DNA from: Tubulanus polymorphus
Taxonomy: Eukaryota; Animalia; Nemertea
DNA length: 64,000 nucleotides
Assembly: GCF_964204645.1 (NCBI RefSeq)
Contig: NC_134027.1
Location: 19,182,560-19,246,559 of the forward strand
Direction of reading: 5' to 3'
The notes below the pieces were generated by a model. The model was given only the letters and a program-made list of their open reading frames with translations, was not told the origin of the DNA and did not search any database. The position numbers were made by a program, and so were the translations under genes. Shown here one piece after another: positions 1 to 26,516 of the stretch (positions within the stretch are counted from its first letter, which is position 1; every line of letters begins with the position of its first letter).

Positions 1-216
1 CAGATTAGAACGATAACCACACTCAAACGTGGTGAACGGATAATAAGATAAAATCCCACTATTTACAGATTAAAAGAATTAAAAACCAGAAATTTATTTA
101 TTCAATCTAAAATATATAAAAGACACGACGTTCGATCTCACCCTAGAGATCATCGTCAGGTGACGAAGAGATCATCGTCAGGTGACGATGATCTCTAGGG
201 TGAGATCGAAACGTCG
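1..216. mobile_element. Penelope-like element terminal-repeat remnant with two inverted minimal hammerhead-like motifs
   Basis: Minus strand 126-160 reads CCTGACGAT-GATCTC-TAGGGT-GAGATC-GAACGTCG and plus strand 183-216 reads TGACGAT-GATCTC-TAGGGT-GAGATC-GAAACGTCG. This CTGAnGA / stem II / GAAACGTC layout is typical of Penelope-associated minimal hammerheads. Confidence 0.6.
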
Positions 217-282
217 AACCAGACCAGATTCTACCACAGCACTGGGCACCCTGATCCTGAACCCGTCATGTCTCAGAAGCAC

Positions 283-309
283 CACAACAACAACAACAAC
301 AACAACAAC
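283..309. repeat. (CAA)n microsatellite
   Basis: Read directly. Confidence 0.9.
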
Positions 310-569
310 TGGAACACCACTGAGAGGGTGACATATTGGATTTCCCAAGAAAAGTTTAAGCATGATGAAAACATCCATGGCTTCATTCTAGAAACAAATT
401 GTCAAATTCATCTGTTAATAATATTAGTTTGAACTAATCAAATCAGAGTGACATTTTTTCAGGACACTCTGTAGGCCTATAACAGTTTCGTATTTTAGAA
501 AATAGCCAGTATGTGTTTGTGATGTTTGATAGACATCTTGGCATTAATTCGCATTGATTATAGAACGAT

Positions 570-2811
570 AGCCATGAGGCATGACAGCTATTGTCCAAGC
601 TGTTGAACTTTTATCCGATAAATCTGTTTTAGACAGGAAATTAGTAGGTACGAAGTTGTATGATTTCTTAATGCTTTTCGCTTAAGCTAATTATTCTCTG
701 AATATTAATTCTCTGAATTTTATTAATAAGTACAAGTCGATGTGGACCAATTCGAGTCCGGTTGGGAATGATTTGTTTGGTGATATTCTGTCGGACCAAC
801 TTAAAGATGCTGATAGATCGAATCGATTAGTCTCGCTATGCGGAGCGCGTGAACGGTACTTTTGTTGTGTGTCACCGGATGACAGTCGTGGTCGTTTTTT
901 GATCGGGCCTTCTTCCTGTTCCGTTCCGCGTCTGCCTTTTCACAGGCCGGGCGCTGAATACATTCGTACCTACTGGAGTTGTGGCGTTTGGCACCCTTCG
1001 TACGTCGAAGGTTTGGTTTTCAGCTCCAAACGTAAATGGGTTATCTGAGCGTTTTTTAACCATGGCATGTTTATCATTTCGGTCGATAAGCCTACCATTA
1101 CTGGCCACTTAAAGTTTTCTTCCTCTGGGTACCATCTCCAAGATCTTGCGTGTATCTATTTCTTGGAGTCGCTCTACGTGTGATTTGGCGCCCCGTATCC
1201 AGGTGTCTTCGGATTTTTTGTTCTCTTTTAACTTGTTTTTGGCGCGGAGGACTTCGACTTGTGTATCTTTATTTTTAGGGAAGTTTCAAGTGCCGGTGAG
1301 GTGTTGTTCCTACGTTTAAGCCTTACGCATGGATGTTTCATGTCATCTCTAGATTTAAAAGATGCGTATTATTCAATACCAATTCGTTATGAAGATAGGA
1401 TTTATCTTCGGTTTTATTGGAAAGGGGTGCTCTATCAGTATACCTGTTTACCAAATGGCATTTCCTCGGCGCCCAGATTTTTTACTAAGCTTTTAAAGCC
1501 GGTTTTGGAACCTCTTCGAAGAAAGGGTCATATTTCAGTAGATTATATTGATGATATCTATTTGAAAGGAAATTCGATCAATTAGAATAATGCTAATACT
1601 TCAGAAACTGAGCTTCAATTAACAAATGCTGGATATTTGATACATGAAACAAAATCAGAAAAAGAAGCTAGTACCCAAAGGAAATGGTTAGGTTTTCGGC
1701 TTAACTCGCTATCTTGGTCAGTTTTTATTGGAATTGATAAAGTTTTGAAAATCCAGAGTGAATGCCAATCACTTCTTGATTCATTGAGACCCATGTTGTA
1801 CCAAATTGCGAGAATAATTGGTATCCAGGTTTCAGTTTTCCCAGCTGTTCCACTAGGTCGTTTACATTATCGGTATCTTGATAGAGATAAAGTGGTTGGA
1901 ATGAAAATGTTTGCTGGTGATTTGTCAGCCAAAACGTATTTATCTTTGCAAGCTAAAGACGAATTGATTTGGTGGATCAACAATATTTCTGGTTCTTTTG
2001 CCCCTATTTCAAGGCATCCACCAGATGTCACACTCACTATAGATGCCTCAGAGTCAGGCTGGGGTACAATTTTTGATGATAAACGTGCTGGAGGTCATTG
2101 GAATGATCTTGAGAATTCATCTCATATTAATGTTTTAGAGCTTATACTGCTATATATGGTCTGAAATGTTTTTCAAAAGACTGAACTTGTAAGCATATTC
2201 TTGTTCATTCTGATAATTCCTCTACTGTTTCGTGCATTAGTAATCAAGGTGGAACGAAATCATTAGTCCTTAATGATTTATCGCGTTTGATTGGGAATTA
2301 GTCGTTAATAATAAGGGGTGGATTACTGCTACTCATATTAGCAGAATTTTGATGCAGATTTAATCTCGCGAGAAAAGGTTTCAAATAAAGAATGGATGCT
2401 TAACCCAAGCGATTTCCAGGGAAATTGTCTCGAAATTTGGTCTTCCCGATATTGATCTTTTTGCTACACGCATTAATAAACAAACTCAAGAGATTTGTTT
2501 TTTGGCATCCTGACCCCGAGGCTTATGCGATTGATGCATTTACCTTTTCTTGGAAACCTTGGTTTTGGTATGCTTTTCCACCGTTCAGTATAATTGCAAA
2601 ATGCATATCTAAGATTCAACCGTGGTACCCAAGATTAGTATCTACGAGTAATGATTCATTCATTCATTATGTCTCGCAGGAAAGATCTATTGTTTCTCCC
2701 ACAAGATTCGCAACTAATTCATCCGATTTTCAAGCGTCTGAATCTGCTGGTTTATCGAGTTTAAGTTTAAACTTACGAGCAAGATCCTTGTCAGAACAAA
2801 CTATTGAAAAA
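570..2811 (+). mobile_element. Degenerate DIRS-type (tyrosine recombinase) retrotransposon
   Basis: Ordered remnants: gag-like LFGDILSDQLKD (~770); RT motifs LDLKDAYYSI, LPNGISSAPRFFTK, YIDD (1340-1560); RNase H DASESGWG, HINVLEL, HSDNSS (2040-2220); methyltransferase-like PDIDLFAT, DAF..W..YAFPPF (2440-2590); probable start of the recombinase ORF LRARSLSEQTIEK, cut off at ~2811. Many stops and frameshifts. The left boundary is approximate. Confidence 0.88.
1259..2340 (+). pseudogene. DIRS reverse transcriptase-RNase H pseudogene
   Basis: ORFs 1259-1585 and 1637-2164 carry the RT and RNase H motifs. They are separated by an in-frame stop and followed by a frameshift. Confidence 0.88.
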
Positions 2812-4372
2812 TAGGGTAAGGTTAGAAGCGGGTGAGGTCATGGTATAGAAATGTAAAGAATGTACATATTAGTACATAAGTCTTAGGTTTTTGGTTCAGG
2901 GAGAGTACAAAAGAGAGTACATGAGAGAGAGTACAAAAAGGAGTTGGGGAGATTAAGCTGAACAAGATGGTGTAAGCAGTAGAGAGAAAATAAAGAAAAG
3001 CTTGATCATACCAGATAGAAGTGTTAGTAGTTATTATCATATTTACATAAGGAAGAGGCAGGGCAGCAAATAGACTGGTTGATCCCATCCCCCATTTTAC
3101 ATTTTCGATGCATGTCAAACATGTCAGTATCGAGTTACTTCCGGGTTAAAATGGCGTCTCATCGAATAAGCGAAACTAGGAGTAATATATCAAAATCGCA
3201 CTGGAATGATCGAACAGTAAATCAGCTGATAATCTATGAATCATAAATGTAATAAGCAAACAAAAGGAAATTTAAAATTTTAAGTATCGAATTAATCCGC
3301 TGATATTTACTCGAATTCAAACAGCCACTACTCAATTGATACTTATTCATTTTGTAGGTAAGAAAAAGGGCTCAGCTGTGATAGTCATTCCGAAGGAACT
3401 TGGCGAAGGGGGACTTACTTTCTTTATCAACCGTATGTGAAATATATTCAGTGAATAGTTATGTTTATGAGGATGTGAAAATGACTAGTCTGAATAAAGT
3501 TTACAATAGTTGAACTCCTTGTCAGTGTTTTGTGAGATCAGATATTTGGATCCACCGCAACATCTCTACCTATAATCTCGATACAGGCAGTGAGTTGGGA
3601 CAGACTTGGGTAAAACCAGTAATTCGGATCAACTGGATATTCGCAATATTGTCCTTTCCTCATGGACCAAACATGATTTTTGCTAGAAATCCATCACAAC
3701 AAATTCTTTTTCACTGCTATTCTATGTTTATTGCCCACTTCAAGTAAAAAATCTTATCCAATATACAGACTCCCTGACAAGGCGCGTGACATACGTATTG
3801 TATGACGTTACAAATTATGTGACAACAGAATAACACCGATATCTCTAACTTAACTCGAATCACAAAGACCAAGTCTTGACAGTGGGCCTAAATCCAATCG
3901 CAATTCAAATTGAACCCTCACTAGTGCAGTTATTCACAAAATCTTTAAACTGGGCGCTAGATTCTTTATTCTCTTTGATTACTACATGACGTTACTTTCT
4001 GAAATTAAATCAATATACATATCACTAACAATTAAACCTGGATTGACTTTTCAATTCATGTCTCATCCGTTTTTCAAACTTACCATCATGCATAACAATT
4101 CATTCTGTGCGTTGAACTAATTTGATACGCGTATCTTCCATTTCTCTCTTCTGATTAGAACGCTCACAATAATCTACAATAGACAATCGATTGAGTATTT
4201 GTAAATAAGTATTCACTTACAATGACAATGTTGACAAGTTTTGTAGAGTGAAGTTACCTAGTGTTATATATTTTCACAGCACTGAATTGACTGCTGTCCA
4301 TTGTCACATTCAGAATAACCAATCAATCATCTTTAGTGAACAAACAAGTAGCCTTTGCTGCCTGGCTGATTC

Positions 4373-4698
4373 CATCCTCGCTTGCCAGGAGTCCGGTATC
4401 GCTTCCGAACTCGCTTCCACCAGCCCCCTGGCCTCACGACGCGCGATTTCATTACTGGCGCTTTTGCGCATGACGTCATATATCAACACGCGACAATACT
4501 TCTGCGTTCGCTACGTGTTCGCTGATTGGTCCATTTACCGGGAAATTCCATAGATGCCTAATGTCGTTTTTAACAAGCGCTGTGATTGGCCCGACCTGAT
4601 TCTGGTCGGCTAGTAACGACTCCAACGACTCGTGGGGTCAAGGGTTTCGGGGAACAGCTTTAGCGTAGTGGGTTCGAATCCCTTGATGGGTGAAGATG
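4373..4698 (+). mobile_element. MITE family A (326 bp, CATC...GATG ends, 9-bp TSD)
   Basis: Imperfect TIRs. Perfect TSD GGCTGATTC at 4364-4372 and 4699-4707. A same-length copy lies at 14545-14870. Confidence 0.9.
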
Positions 4699-5184
4699 GG
4701 CTGATTCAGTTCAGGATGTCAGTCAGTCACTAGTATCTCGTATCGCATAGTGTTTTTTTTTCGTTTTTTCAGTCCCATGTCGATTGACAACCGTTCCTTA
4801 GGCAAGGGTATGTTTTAGACATCCTGAATTGTATACCTACATTTCCGGGACCACACGCAGTGCAGGTGCCCGTAGAAGGTTACCTGGCAGTTTTAGTGGA
4901 GTTTCTCTGTTCATTTGATATAAAAAATGACTTTAAAGAGGTCCATGGAACGTAAATCGAGACACTCTGTAAGGCGGCCATGTTACATTGTTCACGTGAT
5001 GAAATACCGAAATCTGATTGGATCCGTATATTCCGCGGAAGATGGCGGACCGGTTAAACCTGTCCTGAGACTGCGAATGCAGGTGGCGCAAAAGGCAGCA
5101 AAAGGAACGAGTTACATAGAAGATGCAGAATGAAAATCAATAGTTCCAACTTTGGCATGTGTCTAATCAAAGGGGGGTAGGGGT

Positions 5185-5286
5185 CATCTTCACCCGTCAA
5201 GGGATTCGAACCCACTCTGTTAAAGCCGTTCTCCGCTGGTGGAAGCGAGTTCGGGAGCGATACCGGACCCCTGGCAAGCGAGGATG
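5185..5286 (-). mobile_element. Internally deleted MITE family A copy (102 bp)
   Basis: Both family A ends are joined in reverse orientation. Flanks GGTAGGGGT / GGTGGGGGT match at 8/9. Confidence 0.85.
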
Positions 5287-7304
5287 GGTGGGGGTTAGAA
5301 AGAATTAGACAGTTATTCTAATTGACGCAACTATTGAAATTAGAGGATGCTCCCTTAATTGCTTTGGGTCTTGATAACACGACATAATCAAAAATGAAAT
5401 ATATGACGTTAGCTGTTGCAATCATGATATGGAAGTCCCCTATGACTTTTATTTTCACTTTCACTTGAAGGTGACACAAACTGCAGTGAATAACAAAGGA
5501 AGTTGCGTTGTGATGTATACCGCTGTAATATTATAATAATAATCCGATTTCGCAAATTTTGTTGATTTGTCCATACCCCTGAGATAGAATTGCTTAAAAA
5601 GAAACTTAAGTTTTTTCAAAGCATATGAAATGGAACCACATTATATGAAGGCAACAACGACACGATAAACTCCAAAATAATTCACAAGGATCTATGGTCT
5701 GAATACGACAAAAGGAGATGTGTCGGATTCTTGTCCTTGTGGTTTAAGCAGTCATTTGTATTGTAGGTACGTGTATTCAATTAGTAAGACAAAAGGTTTC
5801 ATTTCATTCTCCGACATTTTAAGGTCTTGCATTAGGTCTTGAACTACCGATTGTACTGAATTAAATTGAACTGAAGTCAGCTACGTAGATGATTGGACAT
5901 TTGATGCCATAAGAATGATTGGAATTGAAAGTTTGTGGAATTAATTCAAGTGAATTTTGATACATGTCTCGTGAGTAACATCAAAAATGACGATTTGATG
6001 TGGAATAGCATTGACATGTCAGAATAAATCCTTAGATAGTACACGAGCTGCCAATGATTTATCACTGCCGCGGGAAACCTCGTGGCAATCTCGAGGTAAC
6101 TGGTCCCGATCAGAAAATCGCATGCCGCTGTGTTTTCCATGCTTTCTATGAAAAAGAACGCCATCAGCAATAATGAAATTGTCGAACATACATCTACGGA
6201 TCAGGATACATAATCAAATTCTAAATCAAACTTATTGACCATACGTAGACAATATTTTGTCGGCTGAAAAATACTTTGTTATAATCATTATTTATTTTCG
6301 ATTGGTTTCGATACCGAAGACTTTGAAAAACAAATTCATAGAATTTCAGAATAAGATCGGCTCTGTGAAGGATACGACGATTATAAAACATAGACTTTCC
6401 ATTCATCTTTGTGCGAAAAAAATGTTTAGCCTTGAAACGTTGCACTGCGGCCTCTCATATTGAAAGCCTGGCGGAGGCACATGCAAACTACATAAGTCTG
6501 ATATTTCTTCCATAAGGACCATCAAAGGACGAGGAAGTTTCATAGTAAAAGTCCGTAACGGTAAGTATTGAAAAAGGGCATAGCCAGGACTTTCTACCGG
6601 GGGTTACTTTTTGATGAAGCAGAGTAACCACCTAGTTTTGGAAAAGGAACATGAGAATTGAGATGGTGTTGGATGATCGGGGAGGTCTTTTAAAGATTTT
6701 CTTATAGGCCAGTACACTTTAATATTTAAAGAATATTTCCGGGCCGAAAATGTTTGTTTTTTTTCTTCTGGTTACGTCCCTGAATATCAGTCTTTATTAC
6801 TCATAAGATTTCTTCAATCGAACTTCATTTTGAATTGGACATTATGAAACGCGCTTTATCCACCCCATGTGAAAAGTGTCATTACTTCTCTTCAATGACC
6901 GATTTTGAGTTTCAGTTTTACTCATACAAATGCAATTTTCATTGTCGTTCCCTATTACGTATATTCTATACCTTATCTCAGAACTAATAAACTGAAACAA
7001 TCTTTCATTTCCTTGTTTTCTTATTCATTTCCGTTCGGAAAGTTTGGAAAATTCTTTTGTTTTGGTGCGCCAAAATAGATTTTTTTCTAGGAAATACGGC
7101 ATTCTTCGCGTATTGGCGTTCTGGTGCCTTCATTTGATTACAGTAAGGCCGACCTACGCCCGGCTTTACGTGATGACGTTTGTCGGGTTTTCTTCCACTT
7201 TCGAAACCTTTCTGCACAGAATGGGGCATCACCGACTACAGAAGTGCGTTAGATTTAATGAAGGATAAGAATCTGAAGTTGACAGATTTGTAAACTGGCA
7301 ACAC

Positions 7305-7604
7305 CATCCTCCCTCGGCAGGGATTCGAACCTGATAGCATCGCTACACTCACCCCTGCCACACTAGACCGAGTGCGCAGGTACGGTATGCGCAGCTTTGC
7401 CGCACAAAAACTTGCGACATTAATCAGATTGCTCGTTGTGCTTATCAAGAAAGAACTATAAATGGGGAAGCCCAGGCTGAAATAAAACGAGATATCTGAC
7501 TGGCTATAGACGTCTCCTAAGCGCGCTGTCGGTCTAATGGGTCAGGGATTCATACCGTGGCAATCGCGGTGCCATCAGGTTCGAATCCCTAGCGGGGGAG
7601 GATG
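7305..7604 (+). mobile_element. MITE family B (300 bp, CATC...GATG ends)
   Basis: TIRs CATCCTCCCTCGGCAGGGATTCGAACCTGAT / ATCAGGTTCGAATCCCTAGCGGGGGAGGATG. Flanks TGGCAACAC / TGGCATCAT match at 7/9. Confidence 0.82.
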
Positions 7605-7862
7605 TGGCATCATTAGCCGGGCCAAGATTGAACGTTGCTAAGGTAACGTACTGCTAAGGGTTTCTTGAAAGGTTAATTCTGTTGGACTCTTTTACAATTT
7701 TCACATCGATAGACGTTAAACCTATTATTTCATATCCACGCGCCTACCTCAATATGAAATTATTTATTCATTATTTCAAGTCATTATCTAAAACAGTTCG
7801 AAATCAAGAAGACATAATATGCGTAATGTGAATTTACTTATTTTAGAAGTTCCATTTTGTAT

Positions 7863-8006
<144 letters not shown>

Positions 8007-8700
8007 CACTATATATCCTCTTTGAAGCACTGGATGACAATTATGTTAAACCATTAATCTATTTGAATATTTCACAGATATTAACCAATTCCATCTAAAA
8101 GCAAGAGTATAGGCTAACTCCCTGATATTATCGAGTAATCCGACTGTGGACTAGCAACCTAGCCTCCGTTTTTTCTTTCCAGAATACCAACTTTTGGGAG
8201 AACCTAGAATACCGTTTCTAGAATACCGAATACCGAACCTAGAATAAGTTTCTTAGTTATTTCTAATAACACCTGGGACCCGGTTATACTTTGCTGTCGG
8301 TCAAGTACGAACCTAGCGATGACATTTTCAATGTTTTAACTGTAAGTCAAATTTTAACTGAGAACTGTTGAACCCAGACCAGGTGTTTTAATCTCGAACC
8401 TACAAATGTCGCATGAACGCTTCTGTACGTATGTCACTTTCCATGGACAGAATTGTGGGTAAGTTTCAAATTCTTGAATCTAACTGCAAGCACACACCTG
8501 CGGATGATGTAAAGATCTTTTGAGCTGTTGCAGTTTCAACCGTTACCTTGGGTTTCCCCTGAGACCTAGCGGGTATGTACCACATTATCAAAATCAGACT
8601 ATTAACGTGTCGTTTAATATGAGGCTCTTATCAACGTCCTTTATAGAAAATTTGAAATTCATTCTTTCATTTTTTCTTAAAATTATGCATCGATGATTTA

Positions 8701-8701
<1 letters not shown>

Positions 8702-8733
<32 letters not shown>

Positions 8734-8938
8734 TATAATAATAACTATAACTATAACTATAACTATAACTATAACTATAACTAAACAATAACAATAACAA
8801 TAACAATAACAATAACAATAACAATAACAATAACAATAACAATAACAATAACAATAACAATAACAACAATAATAATAATAATAATAATAATAGTAATAAA
8901 TGTAATAAATAATAATATTAATAATATTAATAATATTA
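8702..8938. repeat. Compound microsatellite (ATAATG)n(ATAACT)n(ATAACA)n(AAT)n
   Basis: Read directly. Confidence 0.95.
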
Positions 8939-9040
8939 ACTCCACTGCGTCTTAGAGCAGTTTACATAAGATATACACATTATCATATTACATTTCAATA
9001 AAATGTTGTTTAAAAAGGTACAGGTTTTCACAGATTTCCA
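8939..9040 (-). mobile_element. L2/CR1-like LINE 3' end remnant
   Basis: Minus strand shows a YLFKQHF-like RT C-terminus, then TGTAAACTGCTCTAAGACGCAGTGGAG running into an ATT tail; resembles 15575-15741. Confidence 0.45.
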
Positions 9041-9373
9041 GATTTCTAAAATTAGATCAGATCACTACACGATTCGCTTACAGCTCCGCGGGAAATAATG
9101 CGGGTCTAGTCTTAACAGTTTTTGCAATACGGAACCATGGACTTTTTTAGTCCACAGGGGAATGTATTACTCAAAATGCAGATGATTGAAATGTTGGAAG
9201 AATGGGCGAAGGCACTGCTAGCCCTACATGTCTTTATAGGGGAAATCCCTATAGAGATGTGCTATTTCGACTTGACAACAATATAATTCACAAACATGGT
9301 AAGAGATTTACATGACATACCCTTGAAGTTTACAAGTCCCCTAATTAGGTTGCTTGGCAAACTATCACATCAC

Positions 9374-9702
9374 CATCCTCCCCGGAAACCCGATGACGCC
9401 ATCGAGACTGCCACACGGTACGAAACCCATGCCACAATAAGACTGAGCGTGCGGGTTAGATGATGTCATCATTGACCAATGACTCAGAAACCCAGTTTTA
9501 TTTTAGCCCGGGTTTTTCCATTCGTAGTTTTTCCGCGAAATTTGCCTCAGCGATTATACAACGGGCAATCTGATTGGCGCTACAAGTGTTCTTGCGACAA
9601 ACCTGCGCACGTAGCTGCGCACTCGGTGTTGTGTGACTGGGTTTCATGCCGTGGCTGAGACTAGTGATGCCATCAAGTTCGAATCCATGCCATGGGAAGA
9701 TG
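9374..9702 (-). mobile_element. Diverged MITE family B copy
   Basis: CATCCTC...GAAGATG ends; the interior resembles the reverse complement of 7305-7604. Flanks TCACATCAC / CCACGTCAT match at 6/9. Confidence 0.7.
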
Positions 9703-10879
9703 CCACGTCATGTGCAATATCTATCTATCCATCAGGCTACACACGAGCTCATTGTCCACTTTAAACTATGTTCCACGTAAAACATACTTATTGATAAAAC
9801 CGCATTAACGACCCAGTATCAGACTTTAAACCTATTCCAAAATTCTTTCGAACACAAAAAAATCGAGAAAGCGTTTGATATAATAGGACCAAAATAAATA
9901 GAATCTAGACTTTTTCCTATTCGTGAATGAAAAATAAGATAGTGAAGGGGGCTTGTCATGTTAGAGCCACGTCTCATTGAAAACAAATAATATTCCGCAT
10001 TTACAAAAGCTATTATGAACTAATGTGTTTAACACCAGTGGTATTTAATGTCTTTATCTAAGACCTCAATAGAATAAAGTTTATTTTGTACGCTGCGTAA
10101 ATTTGCATGATCTTAATAGCTTAATAAAAGAAACCACGATACCACGCAAAGGCATTATATATACAAAACTATCCCGAAAATATATTGATGAACAATTATT
10201 TTGTTTTACTTTTTACCAACGACTTTTTGTTTTGGTTGAAAAAGGCTCCATTGAACTCACGTGATTTTGAATGTTAAAGCTTAGCTAGAAAACCTACAAT
10301 TGTTAAGATATGGCAATAGCTGCTTGAACAGATAAAAGTGGTTGATTTTGGATTGCGTTTGTCAACTGCTAAACTGATGCATCGAAGGGAAACTTCGCTT
10401 CGGTCGGATTTAGTTCTTTCAATCGGCTTATTTAGTTTAATTATATCACGTTGTATGATGCAAAACAGATCTTAAAGATCTTATATGAAATATAGCCATG
10501 AAATGCAGTTCCGCGAGAATAAGATTTGATAGGTGCTGATTACTTATTTTTTTATGTGTTTGACAACGTACTGGTAAAAAGCAAACTAAAACCTGATTTT
10601 GTTTATTCAACATCTGTATGTACGGATAGACGGATTTGATAAGTTTGATTACACAGAAACTCTATAAAACATTCATTAACAGTGATGTATTTGGACAAGC
10701 GCATACGCACTGACAAATAAAACGCTTGACAATTGAAGACGCGGGTCACTTCCTAGCGGTACTTCGCCGTGTTATGTGTGGAATAAATCATTAAATATTT
10801 ATTGTTTGAACTGAGACAATTCAAAATTGACCATTAAGATTCGAATTGTAAATTTGATTATTATTTCCAAAGTAAAACG

Positions 10880-24540
<13,661 letters not shown>

Positions 24541-25726
24541 GCGTTTCAATGTGGATCTTATGAATATACATGTATATGTAAATTAAAGTATATATGAATC
24601 ATGTGTTATTCGATGAATCATTGATTTGATGTTAATTTAGCATTTTGCCAACCGACAAAAACCAGGTTTGCCGATTGTAGATACTATGTGTATGCTTTGT
24701 CAGACTTTGTCTGTATTCAGATATCACTAGTACGTAGGCATGGATCTAGCGCGATGTTATTGCACCAATATATGCAAGCTAACGATTGCATATGAATCTT
24801 ATATATGTAAATAAAAGTATAGATGATAATGGTGTTTCATAAATCATTGATTTGATGTTAATTTGGTAAGTTCCACAAGCTAGTTCAGGGGCGCGTTGGA
24901 CATCTTGCCGTACCAACCTGCTGGTATTTTGAGCTCGGATGATTTCTCTTGTGATAACGCCTTATATGCGTGAAGATAAATGTTTATCGTTTCGGTGTCA
25001 ACTGTTGGAAACAACTAGAGAAAAGAAGAACATTAAAAACAAATATCGATGGCTTCACCCCATACTGCGAGTGTACATCTGTTGCCTGGTCCGTGCCGAG
25101 TGGGGGTTCAGTGGTAACAAACAAACACCTTTTTTTTAAAAGCACCCTTCGAAAGGTTAGTGCGAAAAATATCGGGTCCAGATTTTTCGAAATTTGGATT
25201 CAATTTTCATGTTGTTTCAATTTAAGCGGAACTTGATGTCATACTTTGTACAGTATTCGCCGAGCACCGAAGGCAAATGAGCATTTCTGAATTCTTGAAA
25301 TTGCTTGAATAAAATATACGGAATTTGGGTAAAAAAGGGGGTCATTCACATCCCCCGACCCCCCTTTGTTAACGCCGCCCATGTGTTTCCAACTCATGCG
25401 CAGATAGGCGACCGATAATCGCCGGTTACAGCAACTCACGAAGACGTGTGCACGTAGATGCAACTCAAGCAATCGATATTCCCGTTTAGCATGAATGACG
25501 TGGAAATTCAAATTTATGTTTCACATTTTTCGATAATCTTACCACACAAAAGAGATCTTGTACGCAGCAACATTTATCACACTGAATGAATACCATGCAC
25601 GAACTATTAATATTGGTAATTTTGAGAGTTTTTGTCCGTAAACTATTTGAGTACGTAATATATTTTTCCAATAATTCTACCATGCAGAGATTTTGAACGC
25701 AGCAACGTTTATGACGCTGAACATTA

Positions 25727-26516
25727 AGGCTGGCTTATGTCGACAAGCAACGCGACGCCTACCGACTCCTACCGACGCAACTGACAGCGACCGCGATCGC
25801 AGCCCAGCTTATGTCGACTGCGCTCCGATTCGCAGCAACTGAGGCCGACTATCGGGATACGAGATCCTCCCAGTTGCTTCCCTGCTTATGTCGGTTACGA
25901 TTACTAGCAACTGCAACGGCTCAAATGGTCACGTGATAAGCACTTTGAGAATAAATTTGAATTATTAGGAAATATATTTCTATTAGAAAAGCTATTTCTT
26001 TATGACTTTGATCTTTCTGATTCTGTTTTGAATACAATGTGCTAGCGACATTCATAAAGATGGCCGCTCGCACACCATAATTCTACCAATTTCGTTTCTA
26101 GATCTTCGGTCCAGTCCTCTGCCGTGCTGAAGGTTTGGTTTACGTTTTGAACTACTTGAATTTGAAAGTTTATGACTAATTACGAATGACGCTAACTAGC
26201 GGTGATAATTTGTACTATGTATATGCGGTTTCTCATTGGCTGGAACCCCTGCGCTCAGTGCCGTCGCGTCGCAGATTAGCTTATGTCGGCTGCGATCGAA
26301 AGCAACTGCCCGTCTACCGTAGGCCGGAGTAGAACATGGGCGACTAGCCGGATACGGCTTGCGACGAGTCGGTAGGCGCCGCGTTGCCGTCGCAAGCCGG
26401 CTTATGTTGAACCGATTGAGGAGCAACCGGCGGCCTCTCGTAGGCCGCTAGTTGCCGCTAATCGGCGATAAACCCAGTTGCATCGGTAGGCGTTGCTTGT
26501 CGACATAAGCCAGCCT
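25727..26516. mobile_element. PIF/Harbinger-like MITE (790 bp)
   Basis: Perfect TIR AGGCTGGCTTATGTCGACAAGCAACGC, TTA on both sides, and repeated internal GCTTATGT motifs. Confidence 0.85.

Noticed and set aside
872-1108. 78-aa minus-strand ORF
   Set aside because: It is antisense to the decayed DIRS region and has no motifs.
4640-4698. Possible tRNA gene or SINE suggested by GGTTCGAATCC
   Set aside because: No cloverleaf is evident, and the motif lies at the end of a TIR- and TSD-bounded MITE.
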